NCBI GenBank assembly: GCA_965212075.1
Contig: OZ243043.1
Location: 713,661-777,660, forward strand
Reading direction: 5' to 3'
Origin: Alphaproteobacteria bacterium
Lineage (GTDB): Bacteria; Pseudomonadota; Alphaproteobacteria; JAPOUT01; G958296285
Length of the DNA: 64,000 nt
Part shown: in pieces, positions 49,046 through 59,813 of the stretch
How positions within the stretch are numbered: the first letter of the stretch is position 1
Layout: each line of letters starts with the position of its first letter
The notes under the pieces: model-generated
What the model saw: only the letters and a program-made list of their open reading frames with translations
What the model was told of the DNA's origin: nothing
Database searches by the model: none
Position numbers and translations under genes: made by a program

Positions 49046-49972
49046 TTACCCTCTCACTGGCTGAGATGTGCAAATTTTCGCGATTTCATCATAAAGTGCT
49101 GCTTCATCTTGAACGCATGTCCAGTCGGCCATCTGCGTTTTGATCCATGTCAATTGGCGGCGGATATATTGCCGCGTCGCAATTTTGGCCTGCGCGATGG
49201 CTTCCGCCAGATCCAGCTCACCGGCCAAATGAGCGCGCAATGACGGCAGGCCGAGCGCCTTCATCGCCGGAAGCTCTAGCGATAAACCCTCTAATGCTCT
49301 AACTTCATCTAACACGCCCTGCCCCACCATAAGATCAATGCGCGCCGCTGCGGCAGCAGCCAAAACCTCGCGCGGCGGCAGCAATACATATTTGGCAAAA
49401 TCCGCCTCCAGCGGAGGATGAGCCTGCCCCTGAAGCTGCCACGAGGTCAGTGAGGTTCCGGTCGCCTCAAAAACCTCAAGCCCTCGCACGATGCGCTGCC
49501 CATCACCGGACGGCACTCGTGCGGCTAGCTCCGGATCAATCCGCGATAAAACCTTATGAAGCGCAGCTGCGCCCTCACGCTGCAGACGCGCGCGCCAATG
49601 TGCGCGGATGTCATCAGCAATATCAGGGGTCGCCGCAAGTCCGTGCATCAGGCAGCGAAAATATAATCCCGTGCCGCCGACAACCACCGGCAATCTGCCG
49701 CGACCCCGCACTTCGTCAATCTTCGCCGAAGCCGCTTTGAGCCAGTCCCCCGCCGAAAACCCCTCCGCCGCATCTATATGGCCGTAAAGATGATGCGGAA
49801 CCTCCGCCATCTCCGCAGCACTTGGCCGCGCCGATAAAACCCGCAGCTCGCGATAGACCTGTATCGCATCCGCATTGATGATCTCGCCATTGAACGAGGC
49901 CGCAAGCGCGCGCGCCGCAGCCGACTTGCCCCCTGCGGTCGGGCCTGAAATCAGCAAAATGTCCATCTGCAC
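49046..49972 (-). CDS. miaA: tRNA dimethylallyltransferase
   Basis: P-loop GPTAGGKS. 308 aa. Confidence 0.9.
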   Translation of the reverse strand: MQMDILLISGPTAGGKSAAARALAASFNGEIINADAIQVYRELRVLSARPSAAEMAEVPHHLYGHIDAAEGFSAGDWLKAASAKIDEVRGRGRLPVVVGGTGLYFRCLMHGLAATPDIADDIRAHWRARLQREGAAALHKVLSRIDPELAARVPSGDGQRIVRGLEVFEATGTSLTSWQLQGQAHPPLEADFAKYVLLPPREVLAAAAAARIDLMVGQGVLDEVRALEGLSLELPAMKALGLPSLRAHLAGELDLAEAIAQAKIATRQYIRRQLTWIKTQMADWTCVQDEAALYDEIAKICTSQPVRG

Positions 49973-50007
49973 TTACCTTTCACGCAAACTCCCTTTATAC
50001 AAGTCTT

Positions 50008-50880
50008 ATGAAATATGTTCTGACCTTAATTGGCAAGCCTTTGACAGCGCACCTTATCAATAAAGTGCGTGATGCGCTTGAGGGCGTGGAATCTACTGAC
50101 CAGTTGGGCGAGAATGCTTGCGATATTTTGCTCACCGCCAAGATAGACAAAACGCGCCTCAGCAAATTACTGAATCAGGAAAAAATTGATTTTGCCCTTC
50201 AGCCTGCTCCAAACCATCCAGCGGCGCGGCGCAAAAAATTGCTCGCCGCCGATATGGACTCAACCATCATCAAAGAAGAAACGCTTGACGCGCTCGCCGC
50301 CCATCATGGCTGTGAGCGCGCGGTCGCCGAAATCACTCATCGCGCGATGGAAGGCCAGCTTGATTTCGCCCAAGCCTTGACGCAGCGCGTCGCTCTGCTC
50401 GCAGGATTGCCCGAAGCCGCATTGGACGAAATCCTCGCCGCTGACATTCACATTCGCGAAAACACGCAGACACTCACCGCGACGATGCGCGCGCATGGCG
50501 CTGAATGTCTTTTGCTGTCGGGCGGGTTTGAAAAATTCGTCCGCCCGATCGCCGAAAAAGCCGGTTTCATTCATGGCGACTGCAATCTGTTTGAAATCAA
50601 AAATGGCGCGCTGACCGGCAGGCTCGTTCTTCCGATCAGAGACGCCCAGACAAAAAAAACCGAAATGCTCAAACAAGCACAAAAAATGAATATCAGCAAA
50701 GATGACATCATCGCGGTCGGCGATGGCGCCAATGATCGCCCGATGATTGAAGCTGCCGGATTAGGCGTCGCCTTTCATGCCAAGCCCATCTTGAACGAAG
50801 CCGCCAATGTCCATATTCATCACAGCGACCTCACTGCGCTGCTTTATATGCAGGGCTATCGGCAAGAAGATTTTTTCTAA
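50008..50880 (+). CDS. serB: Phosphoserine phosphatase
   Basis: HAD motif I DMDSTI. C-terminal GDGANDRPM. Confidence 0.85.
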   Translation: MKYVLTLIGKPLTAHLINKVRDALEGVESTDQLGENACDILLTAKIDKTRLSKLLNQEKIDFALQPAPNHPAARRKKLLAADMDSTIIKEETLDALAAHHGCERAVAEITHRAMEGQLDFAQALTQRVALLAGLPEAALDEILAADIHIRENTQTLTATMRAHGAECLLLSGGFEKFVRPIAEKAGFIHGDCNLFEIKNGALTGRLVLPIRDAQTKKTEMLKQAQKMNISKDDIIAVGDGANDRPMIEAAGLGVAFHAKPILNEAANVHIHHSDLTALLYMQGYRQEDFF

Positions 50881-50883
50881 AAT

Positions 50884-52356
50884 TTATTTTTTATTTAGTG
50901 GCAGCGCGACAAAGCTGACATTGCCGCTGCTGCGCCAGACGCGCAATAAAATCGCCGGGCGCTTGCGGCGCGTCTCAGAGCTGATGGCGCGCTCAACATC
51001 TTTCGGATCCTTCACGGTGCGGCGCGACGCTTCCAAAATCACTTGACCCGCGCGCACACCGCGCTCAAAAGCAATGCTGTCGGAATCCACCCGCGTGATC
51101 AACACACCGCGCACATCAGACGGAATGTTGAACCGCTGCCGCTCTGCCGACGAAATTGACGATAAGCCCATGCCCAAAATACTTTTGCCCGTCTTCGGCT
51201 GCTTCTGCGGCGCGCGCTGGCCGGACAATTTGCCCTGCGCGGCAGCATCTTCCAAGCGGCCAAGCGTCAGGCGGAACCGGCGGCGGCGGCCATCGCGGAT
51301 AACCTCAACGCTCGCGCGCTTGCCGACCCCCGCGCGCGACACAAGGCGCGGCAATTCCCTCATCTGGTTGATTGCCTTGTCGTTAAACTTAACGATCACA
51401 TCGCCCTCTTTGATGCCGGCTTTATCAGCCGGACTGCCTTCGCTGACCGAGGCGACCAAAGCGCCTTTGGCCTCTTTGAGCCCCAAAGTCGCGGCCAATT
51501 CTTCGGTCACTTGCTGTATCGCGACGCCCAGCCAGCCGCGGCTTGTCTTGCCGTCTTTGCGCAGCTGCGCGATGATCGGCAGCGCCGTGGAGACTGGAAT
51601 CGAAAAGCTCGCCCCCACCGAACCGCCCGATGGCGACAAAATCACCGTATTGATGCCGATCACCTCGCCGCGCGTATTGAACAAAGGGCCGCCCGAATTG
51701 CCGCGATTGATCGCCGCATCGGTCTGGATGAAATCATCATAAGGCCCGGCACCGATGTCGCGGTGAACCGCCGAGACAATCCCCGCCGTTACCGTGCCGC
51801 GCAAGCCAAAGGGCGTGCCGATCGCAAACACCCATTCACCCACCTGAATTTTTTTCGGATCCCCAAACTTCACGGTCGGCAAATTCAGCTTCTCATCGGT
51901 GATGATCTGCAAAACCGCAATATCTGAAAAAGAATCCTGCCCGATGATTTTGGCGTCAAATTTGCGGCCATCCTGCAAATTGATCGTGATGTCCGTTGCG
52001 CCCTCAATGACATGGTCGTTGGTGACGATGATGCCCCGCGGATCAATGATAAAGCCCGACCCCAAAGACTGAACATTGCGGCGCTGCGGACTGCGCTTTT
52101 TATAAAAATCCTCAAAGAATTCGCGGAATGGCGAATTTTCCGGCAGACCTCTGAGTTCGGGGGGGCTTTCCTGCCTGCCCGACTTTTCTTGAGACGGCTT
52201 CTTCTGCCGCGCGGCAACATCAACAACGCTCGGCGCATGTTCTTTGACGAGATCAACAAAATCGCCGCGCGGCGGGACAGCCCCAGCCGAGATCGGCATC
52301 AAATAACCTAGCAAACAAGCCCAAACCATCAAGGAAGAGAAATACCGCATCATCAT
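50884..52356 (-). CDS. DegP/HtrA-family periplasmic serine endoprotease (Do)
   Basis: Trypsin-like catalytic triad region (GNSGGPL) and two PDZ domains. Signal peptide. Confidence 0.9.
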   Translation of the reverse strand: MMMRYFSSLMVWACLLGYLMPISAGAVPPRGDFVDLVKEHAPSVVDVAARQKKPSQEKSGRQESPPELRGLPENSPFREFFEDFYKKRSPQRRNVQSLGSGFIIDPRGIIVTNDHVIEGATDITINLQDGRKFDAKIIGQDSFSDIAVLQIITDEKLNLPTVKFGDPKKIQVGEWVFAIGTPFGLRGTVTAGIVSAVHRDIGAGPYDDFIQTDAAINRGNSGGPLFNTRGEVIGINTVILSPSGGSVGASFSIPVSTALPIIAQLRKDGKTSRGWLGVAIQQVTEELAATLGLKEAKGALVASVSEGSPADKAGIKEGDVIVKFNDKAINQMRELPRLVSRAGVGKRASVEVIRDGRRRRFRLTLGRLEDAAAQGKLSGQRAPQKQPKTGKSILGMGLSSISSAERQRFNIPSDVRGVLITRVDSDSIAFERGVRAGQVILEASRRTVKDPKDVERAISSETRRKRPAILLRVWRSSGNVSFVALPLNKK

Positions 52357-52362
52357 CCGCTC

Positions 52363-53412
52363 TTATCTGGTTTGCTGGGGGCGGCGCGTATCCTCACGAA
52401 CTTTCGCATCTTCTTTTTCTTTTTTCTTTTGAGCTTTTTTGGCAGCGGCGACAAGCTCTGGACAAATCCGATTGCGCGAGGTGTCGCTGATCTGGAAAAG
52501 CTTCTGCGCGCTGCGGCGCGAGGGGCGAGATGTCCCCTGCTTTTTTTTCTTATGATCAAGAAAAAAGCTGAAAAACTCGCTGGTCGGCGAGAGCACCAGC
52601 GAAGTTTTATTGCCCTGCAAAGATTTCTCATAAGACTGCATTGAACGATAAAAGGAAAAGAATTCTGAATCGCGGCTGAACGCATTGGCAAAAATGCGAT
52701 TGCGGCAGCCATCGCCCTGCGAGCGGATGATTTCCGAATCGCGATAGGCAGCCGAGATCAGCACCGTGACTTCTTTATCGGCTCCCGCTCTGATGGAGCG
52801 CGCATCTTCCTGACCGATCGCGCGGATCTCCGAGGCCTCTTGCTGGCGCTCGGTCTGCATCCGGCGGAAAATCGCCTGACTGTTTTCTTCCGGCAGATCG
52901 GCGCGGCGAATCCGGACGTCCAGCACATCCACGCCGAAATCCTGCGCTTGAGCGTGCATCAAGCTCCTGATCCGCATCATCAGCACATTGCGCTCGTCGC
53001 GCACGAAAGCCTCAAGCGGCTTCTTGCCCAAAACCGAGCGCATGTTTGAACTCAACAGAGCCTTCAGCCGTGAATCGCCGCGCTGGCGCGTCTGCAGGGT
53101 CTGGTAAAACAGCAAAGGCTTCGTGATGCGATAGCGCGCAAACGCATCCACAACGATGCGCTTCTGGTCAGCCGCGATGACTTCTTCTGGCGGCGAGTCC
53201 AAGTCCAAAATGCGCTTGTCTATATAAATGACGTTCTGGATAAAAGGCAGCTTGAACTGCAAGCCCGGCTCGGTGATCACGCGGCGCGGATCGCCAAATT
53301 GCAGCAGCAAAGCCTGCTCCGTCTGGTGGACGATGAAAAGCGACGAATAGATGACAAAGCCGATCAGCGCCGCGATCGCCACAAAAACCCGAAAAGCCGT
53401 TGACTGAATCAT
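52363..53412 (-). CDS. hflC: Protease modulator HflC (with a lysine-rich C-terminal extension)
   Basis: SPFH/band-7 domain. N-terminal TM helix. Overlaps hflK by 4 nt. Confidence 0.85.
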   Translation of the reverse strand: MIQSTAFRVFVAIAALIGFVIYSSLFIVHQTEQALLLQFGDPRRVITEPGLQFKLPFIQNVIYIDKRILDLDSPPEEVIAADQKRIVVDAFARYRITKPLLFYQTLQTRQRGDSRLKALLSSNMRSVLGKKPLEAFVRDERNVLMMRIRSLMHAQAQDFGVDVLDVRIRRADLPEENSQAIFRRMQTERQQEASEIRAIGQEDARSIRAGADKEVTVLISAAYRDSEIIRSQGDGCRNRIFANAFSRDSEFFSFYRSMQSYEKSLQGNKTSLVLSPTSEFFSFFLDHKKKKQGTSRPSRRSAQKLFQISDTSRNRICPELVAAAKKAQKKKEKEDAKVREDTRRPQQTR

Positions 53413-54509
53413 TTGCTGCTCACATTATTATTTTGATTTTTCTGCAGCCGGTCGAGCGGCAGATAGGGCACCACGCCCGAATTGCCCTTTGGATCAAGAA
53501 TGATCTTGTCCGACTTCTCCAATACGCGCTCCATCATTTCAAGAAACAGACGCTGCCGCGTCACCTCTGGCGCGTTGCGATATTCGTTGAACACTGCGAG
53601 AAAGCGCAAAGCCTCGCCTTCGGCTTCCGCGACCGTCTGCTCGCGATAGGCTTCCCCGTTCTGGCGCAGCTTGGCCGCCTCGCCGCGCGCCTCCGGCACG
53701 ACGCGGTTGCGATAGGCTTGCGCCTCATTGCGCGCGCGCTCCTGATCGGCGCGCGCCGCCTGCACATCGCGGAAGGAATCAATCACCGCCGCCGGCGGAT
53801 CCACCTTCTGCATCTTCACCTGCGTGATCGCTATCCCCGCGCCATAGCTGTTCAGTGTCTTTTGCATCAAAGCCTTCACATCTTCCTCAACGCGCTGGCG
53901 ATCGCCGGTCAGGATCGGCTGCAGCTTGTTCTTGCCGACAACTTCGCGCATCGTGCTTTCCGCCACCGCGCTCACCGTGCCTATCGGGTTTTGAATGTTG
54001 AACAAGAAATCAGACGCCTCATTGATAACCCAGAACACCGAAAAATCCACATCAACGATATTTTCATCACCGGTCAGCATGAGGCTTTCTTCGGGAACGT
54101 CGCGCGTCCTGTCGGTGCCGCGGCCAATGCCAAAAACCGCGCCCTCCGAAAATATGCGCATCCCGACATTGGCTCGGTTAATGATCGTCACTTTCGGCTT
54201 CAGCACAGCTTCAATCGGGACGGGCAGATGATAATGCAAACCGGGCGCCGATGTCCGGTGGAACGCGCCAAAGCGCGTGATGACTCCCTGCTCGTCGGGC
54301 AAAACCCGATAGATGCCGCTCGCCAGCCAGATCGCCAAAATCACAAAGCCGATCAGCAGCAAGCCTGACCCCGATCCCCAGCTGCCGCGCAAAAACCTGT
54401 TGAGCCTCTGTTGCAGCCGCTCAATCCACTCCTCCATATCCGGAGGCGGTCGGCGGCCATTTGAGCCGCGCTGTCCCCAGGGGCTGTCTGTGTTATTGTC
54501 CCAATTCAT
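53409..54509 (-). CDS. hflK: Protease modulator HflK
   Basis: Start refined to MNWDNNTDSPWGQRG. SPFH domain. TM helix LLLIGFVILAIWLASGIY. Confidence 0.85.
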   Translation of the reverse strand: MNWDNNTDSPWGQRGSNGRRPPPDMEEWIERLQQRLNRFLRGSWGSGSGLLLIGFVILAIWLASGIYRVLPDEQGVITRFGAFHRTSAPGLHYHLPVPIEAVLKPKVTIINRANVGMRIFSEGAVFGIGRGTDRTRDVPEESLMLTGDENIVDVDFSVFWVINEASDFLFNIQNPIGTVSAVAESTMREVVGKNKLQPILTGDRQRVEEDVKALMQKTLNSYGAGIAITQVKMQKVDPPAAVIDSFRDVQAARADQERARNEAQAYRNRVVPEARGEAAKLRQNGEAYREQTVAEAEGEALRFLAVFNEYRNAPEVTRQRLFLEMMERVLEKSDKIILDPKGNSGVVPYLPLDRLQKNQNNNVSSK

Positions 54510-54542
54510 GCGAAAATATACCTCGCTACTATTTAAGCCTTG

Positions 54543-55598
54543 ATGAACAAAAAAGCAATGAAAGATATCAAAAAGTCCGATATTTTGGCCGCTCTGCGGA
54601 TGATCACCGACCCCGTCAGCGGCGCAGACATCATCACGGCCAGATTGATACAAGACATCGTGATCAGTGATGATTTCATTCGCATCGTCATCGAAACCAG
54701 CCCGCAAGCCGCCGATCAGCGGCAGGGCCTGCCCGCTCTATGCGAAGAAGCCGTCAAAAAAATCACCCCAAATGTCCGCGTTCAGGCAATTTTGACCGCA
54801 CATCAGGCACATCAGGCGCCCCCGGCAGCTGCGTCCGCCATTAAGACGCAAACGCAGACAAAAATAGACGCGCGGGCAGTCATCGCAGTCGCAAGCGGCA
54901 AAGGCGGCGTCGGCAAATCAACCGTCGCGGTGAATCTCGCTGTGGCTTTGGCCGAACGCGGCCTGCGCATCGGCCTCTTGGATGCCGATATCTATGGCCC
55001 GTCCACACCAACCATGATGGGCGTCAAAGACAGACCCTTCCAAGATGACAATAAAAAAATCATACCGATTGAAGCGCATGGCCTCAAATTGATGTCGCTC
55101 GGCCTGCTCGTGGATGAAGCGCGCGCTTTGGTCTGGCGCGGGCCGATGGTGCATTCGGCGATCTCGCAAATGCTCGACGATGTCGTCTGGGGGCAGCTTG
55201 ACGCGCTCATCATTGATATGCCGCCCGGCACTGGCGATGCGCAATTGACTTTGGCGCAGCGCCGCATTTTGACCGGCGTTGTGCTTGTCTCCACACCGCA
55301 AGACATTGCGCTCGCTGATGTGCGCCGCGCGCTCGCTATGTTTCAAAAAGTTGATACAAGAATTTTGGGGATCGTTGAAAATATGGCGTGGTTCGCGCAT
55401 GATAAATCTTCGCCGCTGATCTATATCTTTGGGCGCGGCGGCGCGAAGGCGCTCGCTGAAAAAGAGGGCATACCTTTCTTGGGAGAAATCCCACTTGATC
55501 CCGCGCTGCGCGAAGCCGCCGATCAAGGCAAACCCACCGCGCAAAAAAAAATCTTCGCCGAAATCGCCCAGAAAATCAGCGACGCTTTGTTAACGTAA
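54543..55598 (+). CDS. apbC: Mrp/NBP35-family Fe-S cluster carrier ATPase (ApbC)
   Basis: N-terminal DUF59-like domain. Deviant Walker A SGKGGVGKST. CxxC motif absent or variant. Confidence 0.85.
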   Translation: MNKKAMKDIKKSDILAALRMITDPVSGADIITARLIQDIVISDDFIRIVIETSPQAADQRQGLPALCEEAVKKITPNVRVQAILTAHQAHQAPPAAASAIKTQTQTKIDARAVIAVASGKGGVGKSTVAVNLAVALAERGLRIGLLDADIYGPSTPTMMGVKDRPFQDDNKKIIPIEAHGLKLMSLGLLVDEARALVWRGPMVHSAISQMLDDVVWGQLDALIIDMPPGTGDAQLTLAQRRILTGVVLVSTPQDIALADVRRALAMFQKVDTRILGIVENMAWFAHDKSSPLIYIFGRGGAKALAEKEGIPFLGEIPLDPALREAADQGKPTAQKKIFAEIAQKISDALLT

Positions 55599-55599
55599 A

Positions 55600-56112
55600 T
55601 CAGCGGCGCTTTGTTAACGTAATGAACGCATAATCGTCAAAGTCTTCACGCGCCTCTTCCTGCCATGCGGACATATCAAGTGCTGGAAAGAACACATCGC
55701 CTTCAGGCTTTTGAAACACCCGCGTCAAATGAATCCGATCCGCCAAAGGCAGAAACAGTTTATAAATCTCAGCGCCGCCAATGACCATAACGTCTTGATC
55801 TTTAGAATCTTGATCTTTGATGACCGCTTGGGCTTCATCCATCGAGGCATCCATCGAGGCGACCGGCAAAACACCGTCAGGAAACTTATCTCTCTCGTTT
55901 CGGGTCAAGACGATATTCGTGCGATCTTTGAGCGGCTTGCCTAGACGCGCATAAATATCATCCCACGTCTTGCGCCCCATAATGACAGGATGACCGGTCG
56001 TCAATTTGCGAAAATGTTTGAGGTCGGCGGGAATATGCCATGGCAGCTGCCCTTGATGGCCGATCACATTATTTTCAGCCGCAGCGACAATCAATGCGAT
56101 GTTGGTCATCAC
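55600..56112 (-). CDS. folA: Dihydrofolate reductase
   Basis: [50 protein letters not shown]. Confidence 0.9.
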   Translation of the reverse strand: MMTNIALIVAAAENNVIGHQGQLPWHIPADLKHFRKLTTGHPVIMGRKTWDDIYARLGKPLKDRTNIVLTRNERDKFPDGVLPVASMDASMDEAQAVIKDQDSKDQDVMVIGGAEIYKLFLPLADRIHLTRVFQKPEGDVFFPALDMSAWQEEAREDFDDYAFITLTKRR

Positions 56113-56903
56113 ACAGCCACCGGCGCGGCGATCGCGGGCTGCGCGCGATAATTCTCAATCCGAATGTCGTCATAGGTGAAAGAAAATAAATCCTTCACAT
56201 CAGGCGATAAAGATAATCGCGGCAGCTTCAGAGGCTCACGCTGTAATTGCTGCCGCGCCTGCTCAAAATGATTGTGATAGAGATGAACATCGCCAAACGT
56301 ATGAACAAACTCGCCGACTCCAAGTCCGCTCACATGGGCGATCATGTGAGTCAGAAGAGCATAAGAGGCGATATTAAACGGCACACCCAAAAACACATCC
56401 GCCGAGCGCTGGTAAAGCTGGCAGGATAGGCGCTCATCATGGACATAAAACTGGAACAGACAATGACAGGGCGGCAGCTTCATCTCTTTCAATTCGCCGA
56501 CATTCCACGCGCTGACGATCAGGCGGCGCGAATAGGGATTGGCTTTGATTTCCTCCAAAACCTGCTGCAGTTGATCAATCTGCCCGCCATCGCTGCGCGG
56601 CCAAGAGCGCCATTGGCGGCCATAAACAGGACCCAAATCGCCTTCTTCATCAGCCCATTCGTCCCAGATGGAAACGCCATGCCGGTTGAGATAATCAATG
56701 TTCGTATCGCCGCGCAAAAACCACAAGAGCTCGTAAATGATGGACTTCAAATGCAGCTTTTTCGTCGTCGTCAGCGGGAAGCCCGCGCCGAGATCAAACC
56801 TCATCTGGCGGCCAAACAGACCGCGAACCCCCGTTCCGGTGCGATCCGGACGATCCTGCCCCTGATCGAGAATATCCCCCAATAAATCAAGATAGATCTT
56901 CAT
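56109..56903 (-). CDS. thyA: Thymidylate synthase
   Basis: Active-site region [12 protein letters not shown]. 264 aa. Overlaps the folA start. Confidence 0.95.
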   Translation of the reverse strand: MKIYLDLLGDILDQGQDRPDRTGTGVRGLFGRQMRFDLGAGFPLTTTKKLHLKSIIYELLWFLRGDTNIDYLNRHGVSIWDEWADEEGDLGPVYGRQWRSWPRSDGGQIDQLQQVLEEIKANPYSRRLIVSAWNVGELKEMKLPPCHCLFQFYVHDERLSCQLYQRSADVFLGVPFNIASYALLTHMIAHVSGLGVGEFVHTFGDVHLYHNHFEQARQQLQREPLKLPRLSLSPDVKDLFSFTYDDIRIENYRAQPAIAAPVAV

Positions 56904-56991
56904 CTCTAACCCGTAAGCCTCTATTTCTCTAGAATCCCTATTTCTCTAGAATCATGGCCCACTTTACACAATTTCCTGATATAAAAGAACG

Positions 56992-57243
56992 ATGAGCGAC
57001 ACGAAACCTCATATCGCGCAAAAAGCTCCCTATAAAGCCAATGTTGAAGCCGGAAAAAGCTATTTTTGGTGCAGCTGTGGGCTGTCGGCGCGGCAGCCCT
57101 TCTGCGACGGCTCACACAAAAAAGAAGATGTCTTCGCCCCGATTAAATGGCAGGCCGAAAAAAATGAGGAAATCTGGCTTTGTGGCTGCAAAACCACAAA
57201 AAATCAGCCCCTCTGCGACGGCAGCCATTCTAAACTCCCTTAG
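56992..57243 (+). CDS. CDGSH iron-sulfur domain protein (two CDGSH motifs)
   Basis: Contains CDGSH twice. Confidence 0.8.
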   Translation: MSDTKPHIAQKAPYKANVEAGKSYFWCSCGLSARQPFCDGSHKKEDVFAPIKWQAEKNEEIWLCGCKTTKNQPLCDGSHSKLP

Positions 57244-57264
57244 GCCAAATTAAGGAGCATAAAA

Positions 57265-57399
57265 TGGCAAAACCAAAATCCGGCGGGGATAATCCGAAGA
57301 GTCCCAAACACAACCCAAAATGGCCTAGCAAAACCCCTAATCCTTCTGGGCGAGGCCGCGACAATAGCCCACAGCGGCAAAGAGGCAAGGGTAGATAAA
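57265..57399 (+). CDS. Small basic hypothetical protein (44 aa), not in the ORF track
   Basis: An ATG preceded by AAGGAG with 5-nt spacing. Translates to MAKPKSGGDNPKSPKHNPKWPSKTPNPSGRGRDNSPQRQRGKGR. Confidence 0.35.
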
Positions 57400-57544
57400 T
57401 ATATAATTCCCCCAAATTGAGGCGCTAAAGTGTCTCCTTTACTAAAAAAGTTATTTGACTAAAGACTAGCTTTCCCGTCCTAGAGTTATTATATTAATAG
57501 GGCTGGCTTGCCAGCTATAGCAATAAACGAACAGTACAATATGT

Positions 57545-57796
57545 TTGCTGAACCCGGGGGCAGAGCCCGGCGCCTCCACCTTTGATGCGGCTGCACATCA
57601 CCCGCATTAAGGGCGGGGGCGACATAGGATCGACAGGAACAGAAAAGCTGCATCTTTTGCCCGGCATGGTTCCGCCGTCATCGGGCCGAGGCTGAAAACG
57701 CCAACGACAACAAAGTCGCGGAGGTGCGTTTCGCTGCGTAAGCGGTGAGACCCCTCACTTCAAGTCCTGATCCCTTCGCACGGATCGGGCGGGGTT
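57545..57796 (+). ncRNA. ssrA: Two-piece (circularly permuted) tmRNA. The acceptor piece lies upstream of the coding piece. Tag reading frame: ...ANDNKVAEVRFAA*
   Basis: The coding piece 5' end GGGGGCGACAUAGGAUCGACAGG (about 57615) parallels the canonical tmRNA 5' end. The upstream ...CCGGGGGCAGAGCCCGGCGCCUCCACC (ending about 57582) supplies the 3' acceptor strand. It pairs with GGGGGCG through the G3-U wobble Ala identity element, with CC of the CCA encoded. The tag ORF ends ...VRFAA TAA. sspB lies immediately downstream. Boundaries are approximate. Confidence 0.7.
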
Positions 57797-57832
57797 TCGC
57801 GGGCACCCGGCAACAGAAGCCCGCGATTTTTT
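57797..57832 (+). terminator. Rho-independent terminator downstream of the ssrA coding piece
   Basis: GC-rich stem TCGCGGGC...GCCCGCGA followed by TTTTTT. Confidence 0.6.
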
Positions 57833-57921
57833 CCAAATCCACGACTTTTTGAAGTCCATACCTCTTGTGAAGTCCGCGATGTCTTTTACAAAACCCAAAA
57901 GACGCGCTAATTTATCCCCTT

Positions 57922-58392
57922 ATGAATGACCAGAAAAAAATCAGCTATGACCGGCTCGTCTATGACGCGCTGCGCGGCATGGTGCGGCGCGTGCTCACCG
58001 GCGTCCAGCGCGACGGCCTGCCCGGGCAGCATCATTTTTATATCTCTTTCCAGACAAATCATCCCGGCGTGCTCGTCGCCGAGCGGCTCAAAGAGCGCTA
58101 CCCCAAAGAAATGACCGTCGTCATGCAGCATCAGTTTGAGAATCTGCAAGTGGATGAGAAGCAGTTCTCGCTGACGCTTTATTTTGATCAAGTCCCTGAG
58201 CGCATCACAGTGCCATGGACGGCGCTGACCAGCTTCACCGATCCGCATGCGTCTTTTTCGCTGCGCTTGAGCGCCGCTGAAGAAACGACAGAAGCCGCCC
58301 AGACGCCGGAATCGTCAAAAGAACAAATAACAGAACAGGCAACAGGAGAGGTCGTTGAGCTGGACGCTTTTCGTAAAAAAAATAAGAAATAA
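57922..58392 (+). CDS. sspB: ClpXP adaptor SspB (alpha-type)
   Basis: 156 aa. [19 protein letters not shown]...HFYISF... SspB fold. Acidic C-terminal ClpX-binding tail [10 protein letters not shown]. Confidence 0.8.
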   Translation: MNDQKKISYDRLVYDALRGMVRRVLTGVQRDGLPGQHHFYISFQTNHPGVLVAERLKERYPKEMTVVMQHQFENLQVDEKQFSLTLYFDQVPERITVPWTALTSFTDPHASFSLRLSAAEETTEAAQTPESSKEQITEQATGEVVELDAFRKKNKK

Positions 58393-58394
58393 GA

Positions 58395-59774
58395 ATGCGC
58401 AAAGAAAAAGATTCCATTAGCACGATCGATGTCCCCGATGACAGATATTGGGGCGCACAGACCCAGCGCAGCCTGCAAAACTTTAAGATCGGCGGCGAGA
58501 AAATCCCCGCGCCGATGGTGCGCGCGCTGGGCATCGTCAAGCTGGCAGCGGCGCGCGTCAATATGGCGGCGGGCGCGATCGAGCCTCCGGTCGGAAAATT
58601 GATTGAACAGGCCGCGCAGGAAGTCATTGACGGCAAGCTCGACGATCACTTTCCTCTTGTGGTGTGGCAGACCGGCTCGGGCACGCAGAGCAATATGAAC
58701 GCCAATGAAGTGATCGCCAACCGCGCGATTGAACTCGCCGGAGGCGAACTCGGCAGCAAAGACCCCGTCCATCCCAACGATCATGTCAATCGCGGCCAGT
58801 CTTCCAATGATACTTTTCCAACCGCAATGTCGATCTCGGCGGCGCGCGAGATCAACACAAGCCTATTGCCCGCGCTTGACCACCTTCATCAAGCTTTGGA
58901 TCAAAAAGCGCGCGCCTTTGCCGAGATCATCAAAATTGGCCGCACCCATATGCAGGATGCAACGCCGCTGACTTTAGGACAGGAATTTTCCGGCTACGCG
59001 CAGCAGATCAAAAACGCGATGGCGCGGATCAATGACGCCCTGCCGCGTCTAATGCAATTGGCGCAGGGCGGCACCGCGGTCGGCACCGGCCTCAATGCGC
59101 CCGAAGGCTTCGCCGAACAATTCGCCCTTGAAGTGAAAAACATCACCGGCCTGCCCTTCACATCAGCGCCCAACAAGTTCGAGGCGCTCGCCGCCCATGA
59201 TGCGATCGTGGAAATGTCCGGCGTGATGACCGTGCTCGCCGCAAGCTTGTTCAAAATCGCCAATGACATCAGGCTGCTCGGCTCCGGACCGCGCGCGGGG
59301 CTGGGCGAAATCTCGCTGCCCGCCAATGAGCCCGGCTCCTCCATCATGCCCGGCAAGGTCAATCCAACCCAGTGCGAAGCCATGACCATGGCCGCCGCGC
59401 AGATCATCGGCAATCACGCGACCATCGCCTTTGCCGGATCGCAGGGACATTTGGAGCTCAATGTCTTCAAGCCGGTCTTGATTTTCAACCTGCTGCAATC
59501 CATCCGGCTCGCAGGCGATGCCAGCGTCAGCTTCGCCGATAAATGCGTCAAGGACATCACTCCCAATGAGGCTAGAATCAACGAGCTGATGCAATCTTCG
59601 CTGATGCTCGTCACCGCGCTCGCCCCGCAAATCGGATATGACAAAGCCGCGCAGATCGCAAAAACCGCTCACAAAAACAACACCACTCTGCGCGAAGAAG
59701 CCATCGCGTCCGGCTTCATCTCGCAAGAAGATTTTGACCGCATCGTGCGGCCAGAAAAGATGATCGGGAAATAA
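58395..59774 (+). CDS. fumC: Class II fumarate hydratase
   Basis: [16 protein letters not shown] signature. Confidence 0.95.
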   Translation: MRKEKDSISTIDVPDDRYWGAQTQRSLQNFKIGGEKIPAPMVRALGIVKLAAARVNMAAGAIEPPVGKLIEQAAQEVIDGKLDDHFPLVVWQTGSGTQSNMNANEVIANRAIELAGGELGSKDPVHPNDHVNRGQSSNDTFPTAMSISAAREINTSLLPALDHLHQALDQKARAFAEIIKIGRTHMQDATPLTLGQEFSGYAQQIKNAMARINDALPRLMQLAQGGTAVGTGLNAPEGFAEQFALEVKNITGLPFTSAPNKFEALAAHDAIVEMSGVMTVLAASLFKIANDIRLLGSGPRAGLGEISLPANEPGSSIMPGKVNPTQCEAMTMAAAQIIGNHATIAFAGSQGHLELNVFKPVLIFNLLQSIRLAGDASVSFADKCVKDITPNEARINELMQSSLMLVTALAPQIGYDKAAQIAKTAHKNNTTLREEAIASGFISQEDFDRIVRPEKMIGK

Positions 59775-59813
59775 CTGGTAGCGACCTCATCACCCTTCCT
59801 CTATGCTCGCGCC

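Noticed and set aside
53400-54368. 322-aa plus-strand ORF inside hflK
   Set aside because: Antisense to hflK. The composition is biased and there are no motifs.
54510-54542. Very short (about 33 bp) divergent gap between hflK and apbC
   Set aside because: It was judged to be simply tightly packed divergent promoters or a slightly later true start. It is not a distinct feature.
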